Of a stretch of 64,000 nucleotides of DNA, positions 41,156 to 49,577 are shown one piece after another. Position numbers and translations under genes: made by a program. Source of the DNA: Thermomicrobiales bacterium (lineage in GTDB: Bacteria; Chloroflexota; Chloroflexia; Thermomicrobiales; UBA6265); NCBI GenBank assembly GCA_041390825.1, contig JAWKPF010000009.1:59808-123807 (forward strand), given 5' to 3'. Below the pieces are notes generated by a model. The model saw only the letters and a program-made list of their open reading frames with translations, had not been told where the DNA came from and ran no database searches. How positions within the stretch are numbered: the stretch's first letter is position 1; every line of letters begins with the position of its first letter.

Positions 41156-42030
41156 TGACGCTCACGGTCAATGAAGGTTTTGAATCGTTTCTCACGCGGC
41201 TCACACCGACTGCGGCCGAGCGCTCTGCGAGTGCTAAGCATCGTGAATCCGTTAAATCGGCACTTGAAGCGAAATTCACCGTTAGCCGCTTCTTTGAAAC
41301 TGGATCGTTTAGTCACGGCACAGGGGTGCGGAGCTTTAGCGATGTCGATGTTTTTGTCAGTGTCAGTGGCTCCCGGCCAGATTCGTCGTATGCCACTCTG
41401 GAAAAGATTCGCAACGCCCTTGCTGAGCGTTTTCAGGTAACTCTGGTGACGATTGATCGTCCAGCGGTGAAGGTCAAATTCGCTCTCGGCACGGAGACCT
41501 GGGAAGTCATCCCAGCCTACGAAGCAACGCAGGATAGCTACGGGCATCTGATCTATGACATTCCCGGCGCTAGTGTCGGATCTGGTTGGATTCAGGCAGC
41601 CCCCGATGCGCATCTCACGTATGTCAATGCCTGCAATGAATCCCCCTCCCGTGGCACGGGCAAAGCGTTGGCGCGGCTGGTTAAGGCTTGGAAGTATTAC
41701 TGTAATGTCCCGATTTCATCCTTTTATCTCGAAATGCGCGCTGCTCAACACGTGTCTTCCGTCGAGACCTACATTCACGTCTGGGACATTTGCTTGCTAT
41801 TGGAAAAGTTGAACACCCATCAACTGGCCAGCATGAACGATCCAGCGGCAGCCTCCGGTCGAATAAATGCGTGCTCTAGTGATGCGAAGCGGGAAGAAGC
41901 ATTGTCCAAGCTCGCTACGGCTGCCGTTCGATCAAGAAACGCGCTAGACGCGCATAAGGCGGATAAGGCCGACTTGGCTTTTTACTACTTAGGTCAATTG
42001 TTCGCAGGACAGTTTCCTAGCCGCGCTTGA
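41155..42030 (+). CDS. SMODS-type (CD-NTase-like) nucleotidyltransferase, paralogue 2
   Basis: Intact 291-aa ORF whose GTG overlaps the preceding stop by 1 nt. ETGSFSHGTGVRSFSDVDVFVSV, WEVIPAY, APDAHLTY, LVKAWKYY..SSFYLEM. Alignable by eye to paralogue 1. Confidence 0.7.
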   Translation: MTLTVNEGFESFLTRLTPTAAERSASAKHRESVKSALEAKFTVSRFFETGSFSHGTGVRSFSDVDVFVSVSGSRPDSSYATLEKIRNALAERFQVTLVTIDRPAVKVKFALGTETWEVIPAYEATQDSYGHLIYDIPGASVGSGWIQAAPDAHLTYVNACNESPSRGTGKALARLVKAWKYYCNVPISSFYLEMRAAQHVSSVETYIHVWDICLLLEKLNTHQLASMNDPAAASGRINACSSDAKREEALSKLATAAVRSRNALDAHKADKADLAFYYLGQLFAGQFPSRA

Positions 42031-42072
42031 AGAATTTGCTGTTTTAGATGGTAAGAGCGGTATTCGTGAAAA

Positions 42073-42096
42073 GCGGGTCGGTTGTGGCCGACCCGC
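42073..42096. terminator. GC-rich hairpin between convergent genes
   Basis: GCGGGTCGG-ttgtgg-CCGACCCGC. Confidence 0.5.
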
Positions 42097-42103
42097 AGAT
42101 ATC

Positions 42104-42310
42104 TCACTCGATTCGCGTTCCCGGTCCGATAGCCAGCTTTTGATCCGTCTCGGTCATCATCGGCACGATGCTCAGATTCATGGTGTGAACACGAGCGTAG
42201 TACTCCCGAATATTTTCCGCAGCCGAATCCAGATTCGTTTCGGGCGGAACAAACACCAAGATGCTTCGCCCGGCCTGCAGGCTCTCCAGCAGAAGATCTT
42301 CCCCATCCAT
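42104..42310 (-). CDS. hypothetical small protein
   Basis: 68-aa ORF preceded by GAGAGGAG, downstream of the recombinase. No family recognised. Confidence 0.35.
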   Translation of the reverse strand: MDGEDLLLESLQAGRSILVFVPPETNLDSAAENIREYYARVHTMNLSIVPMMTETDQKLAIGPGTRIE

Positions 42311-42368
42311 TGACGTTCTCCTCTCACGAGCCGCCAGCCAATCTGACGACTCAAGTCGAGGAGGGCAG

Positions 42369-42632
42369 TTATTTACTGATAGTGAAGAGCTGGGCGCGGC
42401 GACCTTGGCGGCGCAACGCCTGGCTAATGCTGTGTCCCACAGCCTGCAAACGTAGATTATCGGCCTGCGTGACCACTAATACGCTTCCTGGTGTCATTTG
42501 TCTAGATTCGTTCTCCCATCGAGCCAGTGAATCGAGTTCGCTGGCTGGAACCAGCGCAATGTTATCCAGGGATGTTTCGATCCGGCGCAGCGACCTCGGA
42601 GCAGGGGAGTAGTAGGGTCGGCGATACCTCAC
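42369..42632 (-). CDS. hypothetical small protein
   Basis: 87-aa ORF whose start overlaps the recombinase stop by 4 nt (42629-42632). No family recognised. Confidence 0.35.
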   Translation of the reverse strand: MRYRRPYYSPAPRSLRRIETSLDNIALVPASELDSLARWENESRQMTPGSVLVVTQADNLRLQAVGHSISQALRRQGRRAQLFTISK

Positions 42633-43516
42633 AGACTCGTTTCCTCCATCACCGCCGCTTCGTTCTCTCTTCCCAAATGCACATAAACCATCGTGGTGTC
42701 GAGCTTGGAGTGACCCAGTAAGCGCTGCAATTGATACGGTGAGACCCCTTTAGATGCCTTCACGGTGGCGAATGTGTGCCGCAGGGCGTGGCATGAAGCC
42801 TGTTTGGTTATGCCGGCATTCTCCCGGTACTTGGTCACCAGCATTCGCACGCCGCGTTCGGTGATCGCTCCGCCATCCCGCTCGTTGGTGAAGATGTGGT
42901 CGTGAGAAGCACTCGGTCGCAGCTGCAACCAAGTCTTGAGCGCCTTGATCCCTTTCGTCTCCAGTGAGATTTGGCGTGCATTCATGCCTTTGCCCGATCG
43001 AACTGACAGCTGCTTGGCCTTGAGGTCGATGTCATTGATGCGCAGATTGCAGAGCTCGGAGACCCGGATCCCAGTTTGCAGAAACACCGTCAGGATGCAG
43101 TAGTCGCGGGGATTCCCAGCTGCCAAAGAGAGCATGCGGCTATATTCATCGGGCCGGAGCCAGGCCTTGCCGTTGTGCTCGATCTTGGGGGTATCGACGC
43201 CGGTTGCCGGAGATTTCTCCAACAGGTCCATGTTGACCAGGTAGCGGCAATACTCACGAATCGCTGCCAGCTTGCGAGCTCGACTGACCCCGGTCAGTTT
43301 GCGTTCACTCAAAGACGCCAGGAAGTCGATGATGTGCACCCGCTGGATATCAGCCACCGTTTCGACGGTGGCATCGTTTTCCACGACCCACCCAAGAAAT
43401 TGCTGCAAATCGGTGGAGTAGGCCAGGACGGTTTTGGGTGATCGGTTCTTGCCGGCCATCGATCGATAGAAGCCGTCGAGGCTGGTTTGGAAATAGGCGG
43501 GGAGTGGAGTAGTCAT
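42629..43516 (-). CDS. tyrosine recombinase/integrase (XerC/D-like)
   Basis: ORF 42629..43573 trimmed to the ATG at 43516. SAM-like N-domain, catalytic ARQISL.., HALRHTFAT, LLGHSKLDTTMVYVH. Confidence 0.88.
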   Translation of the reverse strand: MTTPLPAYFQTSLDGFYRSMAGKNRSPKTVLAYSTDLQQFLGWVVENDATVETVADIQRVHIIDFLASLSERKLTGVSRARKLAAIREYCRYLVNMDLLEKSPATGVDTPKIEHNGKAWLRPDEYSRMLSLAAGNPRDYCILTVFLQTGIRVSELCNLRINDIDLKAKQLSVRSGKGMNARQISLETKGIKALKTWLQLRPSASHDHIFTNERDGGAITERGVRMLVTKYRENAGITKQASCHALRHTFATVKASKGVSPYQLQRLLGHSKLDTTMVYVHLGRENEAAVMEETSL

Positions 43517-44019
43517 ATGTGGCAACCCTTTCGTTGTGGTTCCACCTTCCCACTTTGGGTGGTTGTGGCACAACGACGCAGAGTTGAAAAACGAACTTCC
43601 GAATAACGGGCTGTAGATCCATTATATGGAAGTAAGGCACTCCAGCGTCAAGAGGGCAATTTCTGCTTGAAACCAGGGCAAAAGAGAAATCCGGCCACAA
43701 TGCGACCGGATCGATGGCTTCCGGGAAGAGGTGTTATCGGAAGTGGCTGGCATCCAGACAGGAGACGAGTTAAGGCACGCATGTCTCATTCCTCACATTT
43801 CGCCATCAAAATCCGGAAAATCCGTAATGGCGATGAGCCATAATTCTTGTTATCGTGGTACCCCAAGCAATTCGATGCGGGTCGATCAGTGAGAGAGAAC
43901 CCTCTATCCCTGTCGACGTCGAGTGCAGACTCAAGTCGAATTTCCGTATACAAAAGCTAAGAAACAACCTCATGAGATAGGCCCGTTTACCCCGTCATCT
44001 TCTTTGAAAGGAGTGGCAG

Positions 44020-45207
44020 TTGGCAGAGGCGAGTCTAGTAGGCACCGTGATTTGGTATGACTACAAGAATGGCTGGGGCAAAATTCAGCCGCATGGTACG
44101 ACCGAGGAAGTATTTGTTCACTGCACTTCGATCCTAACCCCCGAGCCAAAAATCCTGATGATCGGGGAAGCAGTCAGCTTTGAGAAGGGGCAGAACGACC
44201 GGGGGCCAGTGGCGACCAATGTCCAACGCCTGGAGACCAGAATACGAGGAACGGTCGATAGCTTTAACAAGGCACGCGGATTTGGACACATCGTTGACGA
44301 TACCGGTAAACAATACTGGGTCCACCATACCCACATCATTGGCGGTCGCTATCGTGTGCTCGAACCGAAAGAGTTAGTCGAATTCACCCCTGAGCAATCG
44401 CCCAAGGGACCGCAAGCTATGCGGGTCTGGCGGTACGACACACGGTTATCCTTAGACCGATTCGCTGTCCTGGGTGACCTCAATCGGCGCCTCGAGGAGC
44501 TTGCACGGCTCGCTCAGGAAGAAAGTTGGGACTATAAGTTCACCGAGTCGCCAACTCCCAGGCCGATTCTGCAAAGTTACCTGTATCACACCTTCGACCG
44601 GCTTGAAAAAGAAGGAAAGATTGCGGTCACGATGGATGGGACTCGGCGCCTCTCCGCATTCAATACCGGACTGGTGACCGAGCTGCAGGAACAAATCTTT
44701 GCGCTGTTCGGTGAGCATCGTCGAAGCAACCCGCAGGCACCCGAGTGGCAGTTGATCGAATTTGTCACCGAAAGTGATCGACGCTTGACGGTGTTTCCAG
44801 AGCGCCCGGATATCGCGAATTACTTCACCGACCCGGCAGACCTTATTTACGATTCGAATATTGAACTGGTCGTGGACCTGCCGCATGTCGTCAATGACAA
44901 CCGCAACCGCTTTCCTCCAGAGTTGCGCAGTAACGACTACCTGATGCAATCGACGCTGAACGCGGCTCTATCCTCGGCCAAGCGCCGGGTGCGGGGCAAT
45001 TACAAAGCCGCGATCCCGCAATACCACCATGACCGGCTACAGCTGCTCTTGCCGTTGTGCCTGCTCAAGCCAAATCGGGCCGATCTCGCCCTGGTCGTCG
45101 ATCGACAAAATCATGTGTATTACGGGTCCACGGTGCTGCCGCTCGACTGGGCGTATAAGAATGCGCGCCTCATTGCCCGACCTGATCGGGAGTGGCTCGA
45201 ACCCTAA
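44020..45207 (+). CDS. tandem cold-shock domains fused to a DUF3825-like domain
   Basis: 395-aa ORF with a TTG start. CSD 1 is GTVIWYDYKNGWGKIQP and CSD 2 is GTVDSFNKARGFGHIVDD. The C-terminal part ..LEELARLAQEESWDY..PILQSYLYHTFDRLEKEGKI resembles DUF3825 (from memory). Confidence 0.65.
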   Translation: MAEASLVGTVIWYDYKNGWGKIQPHGTTEEVFVHCTSILTPEPKILMIGEAVSFEKGQNDRGPVATNVQRLETRIRGTVDSFNKARGFGHIVDDTGKQYWVHHTHIIGGRYRVLEPKELVEFTPEQSPKGPQAMRVWRYDTRLSLDRFAVLGDLNRRLEELARLAQEESWDYKFTESPTPRPILQSYLYHTFDRLEKEGKIAVTMDGTRRLSAFNTGLVTELQEQIFALFGEHRRSNPQAPEWQLIEFVTESDRRLTVFPERPDIANYFTDPADLIYDSNIELVVDLPHVVNDNRNRFPPELRSNDYLMQSTLNAALSSAKRRVRGNYKAAIPQYHHDRLQLLLPLCLLKPNRADLALVVDRQNHVYYGSTVLPLDWAYKNARLIARPDREWLEP

Positions 45208-45235
45208 GTGACGGTAATCAGCAGGAATAGAAACA

Positions 45236-45259
45236 GGGGTGGCGTCGAAACGCCACCCC
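45236..45259. terminator. bidirectional GC-rich hairpin
   Basis: GGGGTGGCG-tcgaaa-CGCCACCCC between convergent ORFs. Confidence 0.55.
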
Positions 45260-45277
45260 AGGTTGGGTGATTGAGGC

Positions 45278-45691
45278 TCAAGAGAGCCGAAGAGACGGAT
45301 AGATTCCGCGCCATGTGTCGACGTGCTCGTCGAGGGTGACGGCCCACCCGCGATCGGAGAAGGTCTGCTCGATCTGCTCTAGCAAGCCGGTCGGCATGTC
45401 GCAGGTTCCAGCCTCGACGTCGCAACAGCCCGCCTGGAACATGAGCATGGCGAGGTCTACATTGACCGCCATTCTTGGTGCACTCGATGGCTGCGCCGCG
45501 ATGAGACACCCATCAATGTAGGTGAGGGCATCCTCCAAAAGCACGCCGTTTGTGCCGGCAGGATCGACAACTTGCGAAACATCACTCGCCAACATGGAAT
45601 CCTCCTGCTGCAGTTCACCCGCACCACTTGGTGCTTCGGCAGCGAGCAGGGCTGGAGCCGTGACTCCAGCCGCGATCACCACCGAGAACAA
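45278..45691 (-). CDS. hypothetical, probably secreted, Cys-containing protein
   Basis: 137-aa ORF with a TTG start and a short hydrophobic N-terminus. No family recognised. Confidence 0.35.
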   Translation of the reverse strand: MFSVVIAAGVTAPALLAAEAPSGAGELQQEDSMLASDVSQVVDPAGTNGVLLEDALTYIDGCLIAAQPSSAPRMAVNVDLAMLMFQAGCCDVEAGTCDMPTGLLEQIEQTFSDRGWAVTLDEHVDTWRGIYPSLRLS

Positions 45692-46019
45692 AGGAGGATG
45701 ATAAATTTAGTATAGCAAACTATAGGCTTCCTGTCAATGGGGCGGGCGGCTGCTGAATGCATGCATTGCTGCCCCTTATGGCCACGTTTGACTCATAAGA
45801 TTCTGACTCAATGCCCCGCACTAGGGAATCTTAGTTAGTGCAGCGGGCGACAATCAGACTGAGATCGCCCAAAACTACCATGTGAATCAAGTTGCTCTAC
45901 GACCAGTTCATTTCAACAGAAATACGCGTCATTGGATTTGCGAATGATTGACTTCTACACTACCGCTCATTACATTGTGTGTGATTGAGCGTGCGCAGCC
46001 ACGGAAAGGGAATGCAGAC

Positions 46020-46370
46020 ATGCAAGATCGTACGCGGCTAAGAAATGATCTCTTGGAGGCTATTCAATCTGAAGGTCTGCCTGGGGTCATCCGGGTTTCG
46101 TATCTAATGGTTGATCCTGACGGGATCTCGGCGGAATGTATCGCAGAGGCAGACAATGCCTTCGAATCTGCGGCTAACGCGGACCAGGTGTGGGACGCTG
46201 CTCTCGGCATGGCCGACTGCTTGAGGAATGCCCCACTCTTCGACGTGGCCGAACCTGAGGAACCGGAGCCCGAGCCTGATCCCGTACCTGACCCCAATTT
46301 TGGAGGTGGTAAGGTCAGCACGGTGGGCACGCAAGTGCTGGCTGCCCTCCTAGTTCACCTCCGCAAGTAG
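46020..46370 (+). CDS. hypothetical acidic protein
   Basis: ORF 45948..46370 trimmed to the ATG at 46020. PEEPEPEPDPVPDP low-complexity tail. Confidence 0.35.
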   Translation: MQDRTRLRNDLLEAIQSEGLPGVIRVSYLMVDPDGISAECIAEADNAFESAANADQVWDAALGMADCLRNAPLFDVAEPEEPEPEPDPVPDPNFGGGKVSTVGTQVLAALLVHLRK

Positions 46371-46449
46371 TCCAAGGCTGGTACCCAATTTTCGAAGCCG
46401 GCGAGAGAGGGAAGGTTCGACTGTATCGCTGCTGAGCCTCAGTGTGAGT

Positions 46450-46962
46450 CTAGAACTGATCCGGCGGGTACGGCGTATCCGTGGACGGACCCTGGTCCCC
46501 CCAGGTGGCATCAACGGCCCTGCGGATTTCGGGGAGCGACTGACCCTCTGAAAGCAGTTGCATCACGTCACGCGTGACTCCAATGCAGATGTCTCAGCCA
46601 AAGCTCATCGCGTCAAGCGCGACTGAGCCATCCTCCCGAATATCCCGAACATAACAATCAAAATTGTTTCGATGTCCACCCGACATGCACCCGCAAAAGC
46701 AAGGCATCCATTGCAAGGTTTCATAGTTGCTGACGGCGAACTTGTAGGCCTCGCGAATGTCAGAAGGGGATTGCTCGACCTCCGGTGGCCAGATGTCGTC
46801 TGCCGGCCAAGCAATCAAGCCCGCCGTTGAGCGGCCCGGACCTTCAGATCGGGAGCACCCAACGAACAACAGGGCTCCGCTGAGCAGGCTCGCATTCAAG
46901 AGCGTGCGGCGCGTCAAGCAAGCTTTGGGGTGATAGCGTCGGCGGTGGGTTGAGGCTGCCAT
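46450..46962 (-). CDS. PCYCGC motif-containing lipoprotein with an in-frame TGA (46594-46596)
   Basis: ORF 46594..46962 has a lipobox-like LLFVGCS and MPCFCGCMSGGHRNNFDC. The same frame stays open for 47 more codons after the TGA (DICIGVTRDVMQLLSEGQSLPEIRRAVD..), and these match the remembered C-terminal part of the family. Confidence 0.6.
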
Positions 46963-47438
46963 GTTGATCCCTCTAATGTGAGCACTCGTACTCGCTAGCG
47001 CTGGAGTCTACTACGGCGATGCGCCTCCGTCGCAGATGCCGTGATCATGAGCGTGGAGCGCCACTCGGCCGTACGCTCGACATTTCTGTGATCCAAACCG
47101 GGTATTCAGGCTGTCCAGCTGCGCTTGCGGTAGAGTCGGCATGGTGCGCCAACTTCCCGCGTCGTTTGATCGCCGGTGCCTGCACATCGCTAATACCACG
47201 GCATCAGCTCGACTCGCCCAGGGCAGGTTTGTCTGTACCTCGCGAACGACAATATCCGCCCAGGTGGCTCTCGCGCATGCGGCTCCCACGACTCGAGGCT
47301 GCCGCCCGACGCGAATAACTATTCTGGGTCACAACAACAGAACGTGATCGACGCGGAAATGCCCTCGATTATGCCGCTCGAAGGCCGGGCCGCTGTGTAT
47401 GCTTTGTGGTCAACCCTCAGGCTGTGGGGACTGCATCG

Positions 47439-48020
47439 ATGCGAGGGACCTTGGTGGACGATCGCCTCTTTCATAGCATTAATGGATTCAATGTCCGGTA
47501 TGGTGGCATGGACGATGCTTTCGGGGCCATTGCCATATATTCGCCCTTCGTGTTCGTGGCGCTTCTGCTCGGGATATGGTTCTGGCCACGTGATCTTGCT
47601 GGACGCGAAGACCGGCAATGGTCATGTATGGTGGCGGTGGGAGCGACGTTACTCTCCTTAGGGATCAATCAACTCATTATCCAGGTCTGGCAGAGGCCAC
47701 GTCCGTTCGCCACCCATGCTGCCCTTGTCCTTTTGCCCAGGTCGCCGGACCCGTCGTTTCCAAGTGACCATGCGACCTTTGGGTTCGCTGTCGCCGTCGC
47801 TATCGTGTTGGCGCAGCGCCGCATTGGCCTCCTCGCGCTTGCACTGGCAACGGCGCTGGCGTTCGCCCGAGTTTATGTTGGCGAGCACTATTTGGGTGAT
47901 GTGATCGCTGGTGCGCTCATAGGCACGGTCTCGGCAATTCTGGTTTTTCGGATGCGCCCGCTGGTGTTGCCGTACCTAGGCCCAATTTTGCGCTTGGCGA
48001 GGCGCGTGCGACTGGCGTAG
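47439..48020 (+). CDS. PAP2 superfamily phosphatase
   Basis: ORF 47406..48020 (alternative ATG at 47439). Motifs PRPF, SFPSDHA, ARVYVGEHYLGDV. Confidence 0.8.
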   Translation: MRGTLVDDRLFHSINGFNVRYGGMDDAFGAIAIYSPFVFVALLLGIWFWPRDLAGREDRQWSCMVAVGATLLSLGINQLIIQVWQRPRPFATHAALVLLPRSPDPSFPSDHATFGFAVAVAIVLAQRRIGLLALALATALAFARVYVGEHYLGDVIAGALIGTVSAILVFRMRPLVLPYLGPILRLARRVRLA

Positions 48021-48286
48021 CCACCGAGGGCGCGCCCGAGAGCAGACGCTGCATTCAGCCCGGTAGCATCAAAACCCGCCGTTCGATTCCCGATCGTCCA
48101 TCGCGGCTGTTCGTGTCCTAATTTCCCGGCACGGTCAGTAAGAGTTCACTTTGCCGCTAACAGGCGGCATATTTGGTTTAGTTCTGCGCCACCGTCAATC
48201 TAGTACACTCGGCCGAAGGCGTGAATTCTTATTCACACATTGGCTGACAACTCGTTGAAGGTCGCATTGCGAGCAAGGAGTGAAAA

Positions 48287-48760
48287 ATGTCTATCAGCCG
48301 ACGATTGGCGGTAGGGGTCGCGATGTTGATCCTTGGTGCCGGCGTGTTCTCTATCGGAAGCTATTCGATTGGAGAGGCCCATGCGGAGGTCGATCGATCG
48401 AACCCGGCTGTAGGGGGGCATGTGGAAAAACTCCCGGAGGAGATTGAGATCTTCTTCACCCAAGAAATCAACGCAGACGGGACCGTCATTGAGATCGTGG
48501 GACCCAACGGTGCACAGGTCGATGGGGGCGACACCACGCTTGATCTTATGGATCCAGACCGCAAGCGGGTAACTATTTCGATCAAGAGCGATGCGGGGCA
48601 TGGTATCTACACCGTCCGCTGGACGACTCAGTCTAATGAGGATGGAGAAGAAGCAAGCGGTAGTTTCGAATTTACCGTTGGTGAGTCGATGAAAGGCACT
48701 CCCGCCGCGTCTCCGATCGCAAGTCCTGCTGCATCGCCAAGCGGTAGCCCAACGTCATAG
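48287..48760 (+). CDS. copC: CopC domain copper-resistance protein
   Basis: 157-aa ORF. A signal peptide, then HAEVDRSNPAVGGHV.., YTVRWTTQSNEDGEEASGSFEFTV. Confidence 0.8.
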   Translation: MSISRRLAVGVAMLILGAGVFSIGSYSIGEAHAEVDRSNPAVGGHVEKLPEEIEIFFTQEINADGTVIEIVGPNGAQVDGGDTTLDLMDPDRKRVTISIKSDAGHGIYTVRWTTQSNEDGEEASGSFEFTVGESMKGTPAASPIASPAASPSGSPTS

Positions 48761-49002
48761 CTTGAGTTTCGGCTCGCACTTGCTCAGATCGTGCCGCGTG
48801 TCCCGTGCTAGGTCATTGTCGGCAGCTTTATGCCCGAACTCTGACATGATGGAATAGACGGAACGGCACGCGCGAGATTTTCTCCCCACCATCATTCGAG
48901 ACTGGTGCTTGAGATGGTCGGGCAGGGGGATACAGCGTAGAATGCAGAGATTCAAACATGTGAGTAAGAACTCAGCCCTCACGTGGTGTCGGTTTGCTGT
49001 GA

Positions 49003-49425
49003 GTGATCCGTGGTATGGCTCGACCTCGAAAAGTAGATCAATTGGCCGACGTTGACGATCTGGTGTGCGAAGAGCGCGTGGTTCACGTCGATGCGGTTCG
49101 TGACGCGAGACGTGATCTGCCGGCTCCGCGCACGGTCGTCGGCTTGGTTGAATTGTTCAGTGCACTGGGCGATCCGACCCGGTTACGTATTGTTTCGTCC
49201 CTTGCGGCACGTGAGTTATGCGTTTGCGATATCGCTGCGGCAATTGGGCAAAGTGAATCGGCCGTCTCTCATCAACTGCGATTGCTGCGCAACCTCGGGT
49301 TAGTGCGATCGCGTAGGGAAGGACGTCGTGTCTATTACGCGCTTGACGATGAACATGTTTCAGCGCTGTATGCCCAGGCGATCGATCACGTTGGCCATCA
49401 GGAAACGCAACCGCAACAATCCTGA
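49003..49425 (+). CDS. ArsR/SmtB family metalloregulator
   Basis: 140-aa ORF (GTG at 49003, alternative ATG at 49015). [47 protein letters not shown]. Confidence 0.85.
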   Translation: MIRGMARPRKVDQLADVDDLVCEERVVHVDAVRDARRDLPAPRTVVGLVELFSALGDPTRLRIVSSLAARELCVCDIAAAIGQSESAVSHQLRLLRNLGLVRSRREGRRVYYALDDEHVSALYAQAIDHVGHQETQPQQS

Positions 49426-49577
49426 CATCGTTCTGGATCGAATGACGTGCGCGCGGCCAGAATGGACAGCCGAGAAATGACCCATCTTGATCCCAGCATC
49501 CCCTCCTGGAATCAGCTCAAGTTGCATGAGCGTTCGTCGGGCTGCCAGCCGACTGGACTGCCGATGAATCCCGGAAG

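Larger units (their letters stand above)
31640..43600. mobile_element. integrated plasmid-like element (rep, par, replication-relaxation, VapBC, defence cargo, tyrosine recombinase); ends approximate
   Basis: The gene content listed below, visibly lower GC than the flanks, and interruption of an otherwise continuous copper island. No convincing flanking direct repeats were found by eye. Confidence 0.55.

Noticed and set aside
46963-47405. ORFs 47011..47289(-), 47019..47318(+) and 47319..47618(-) between the PCYCGC and PAP2 genes.
   Set aside because: They have no recognisable motifs, they mutually overlap, and one runs antisense into the PAP2 gene. Coding status cannot be supported from sequence alone.
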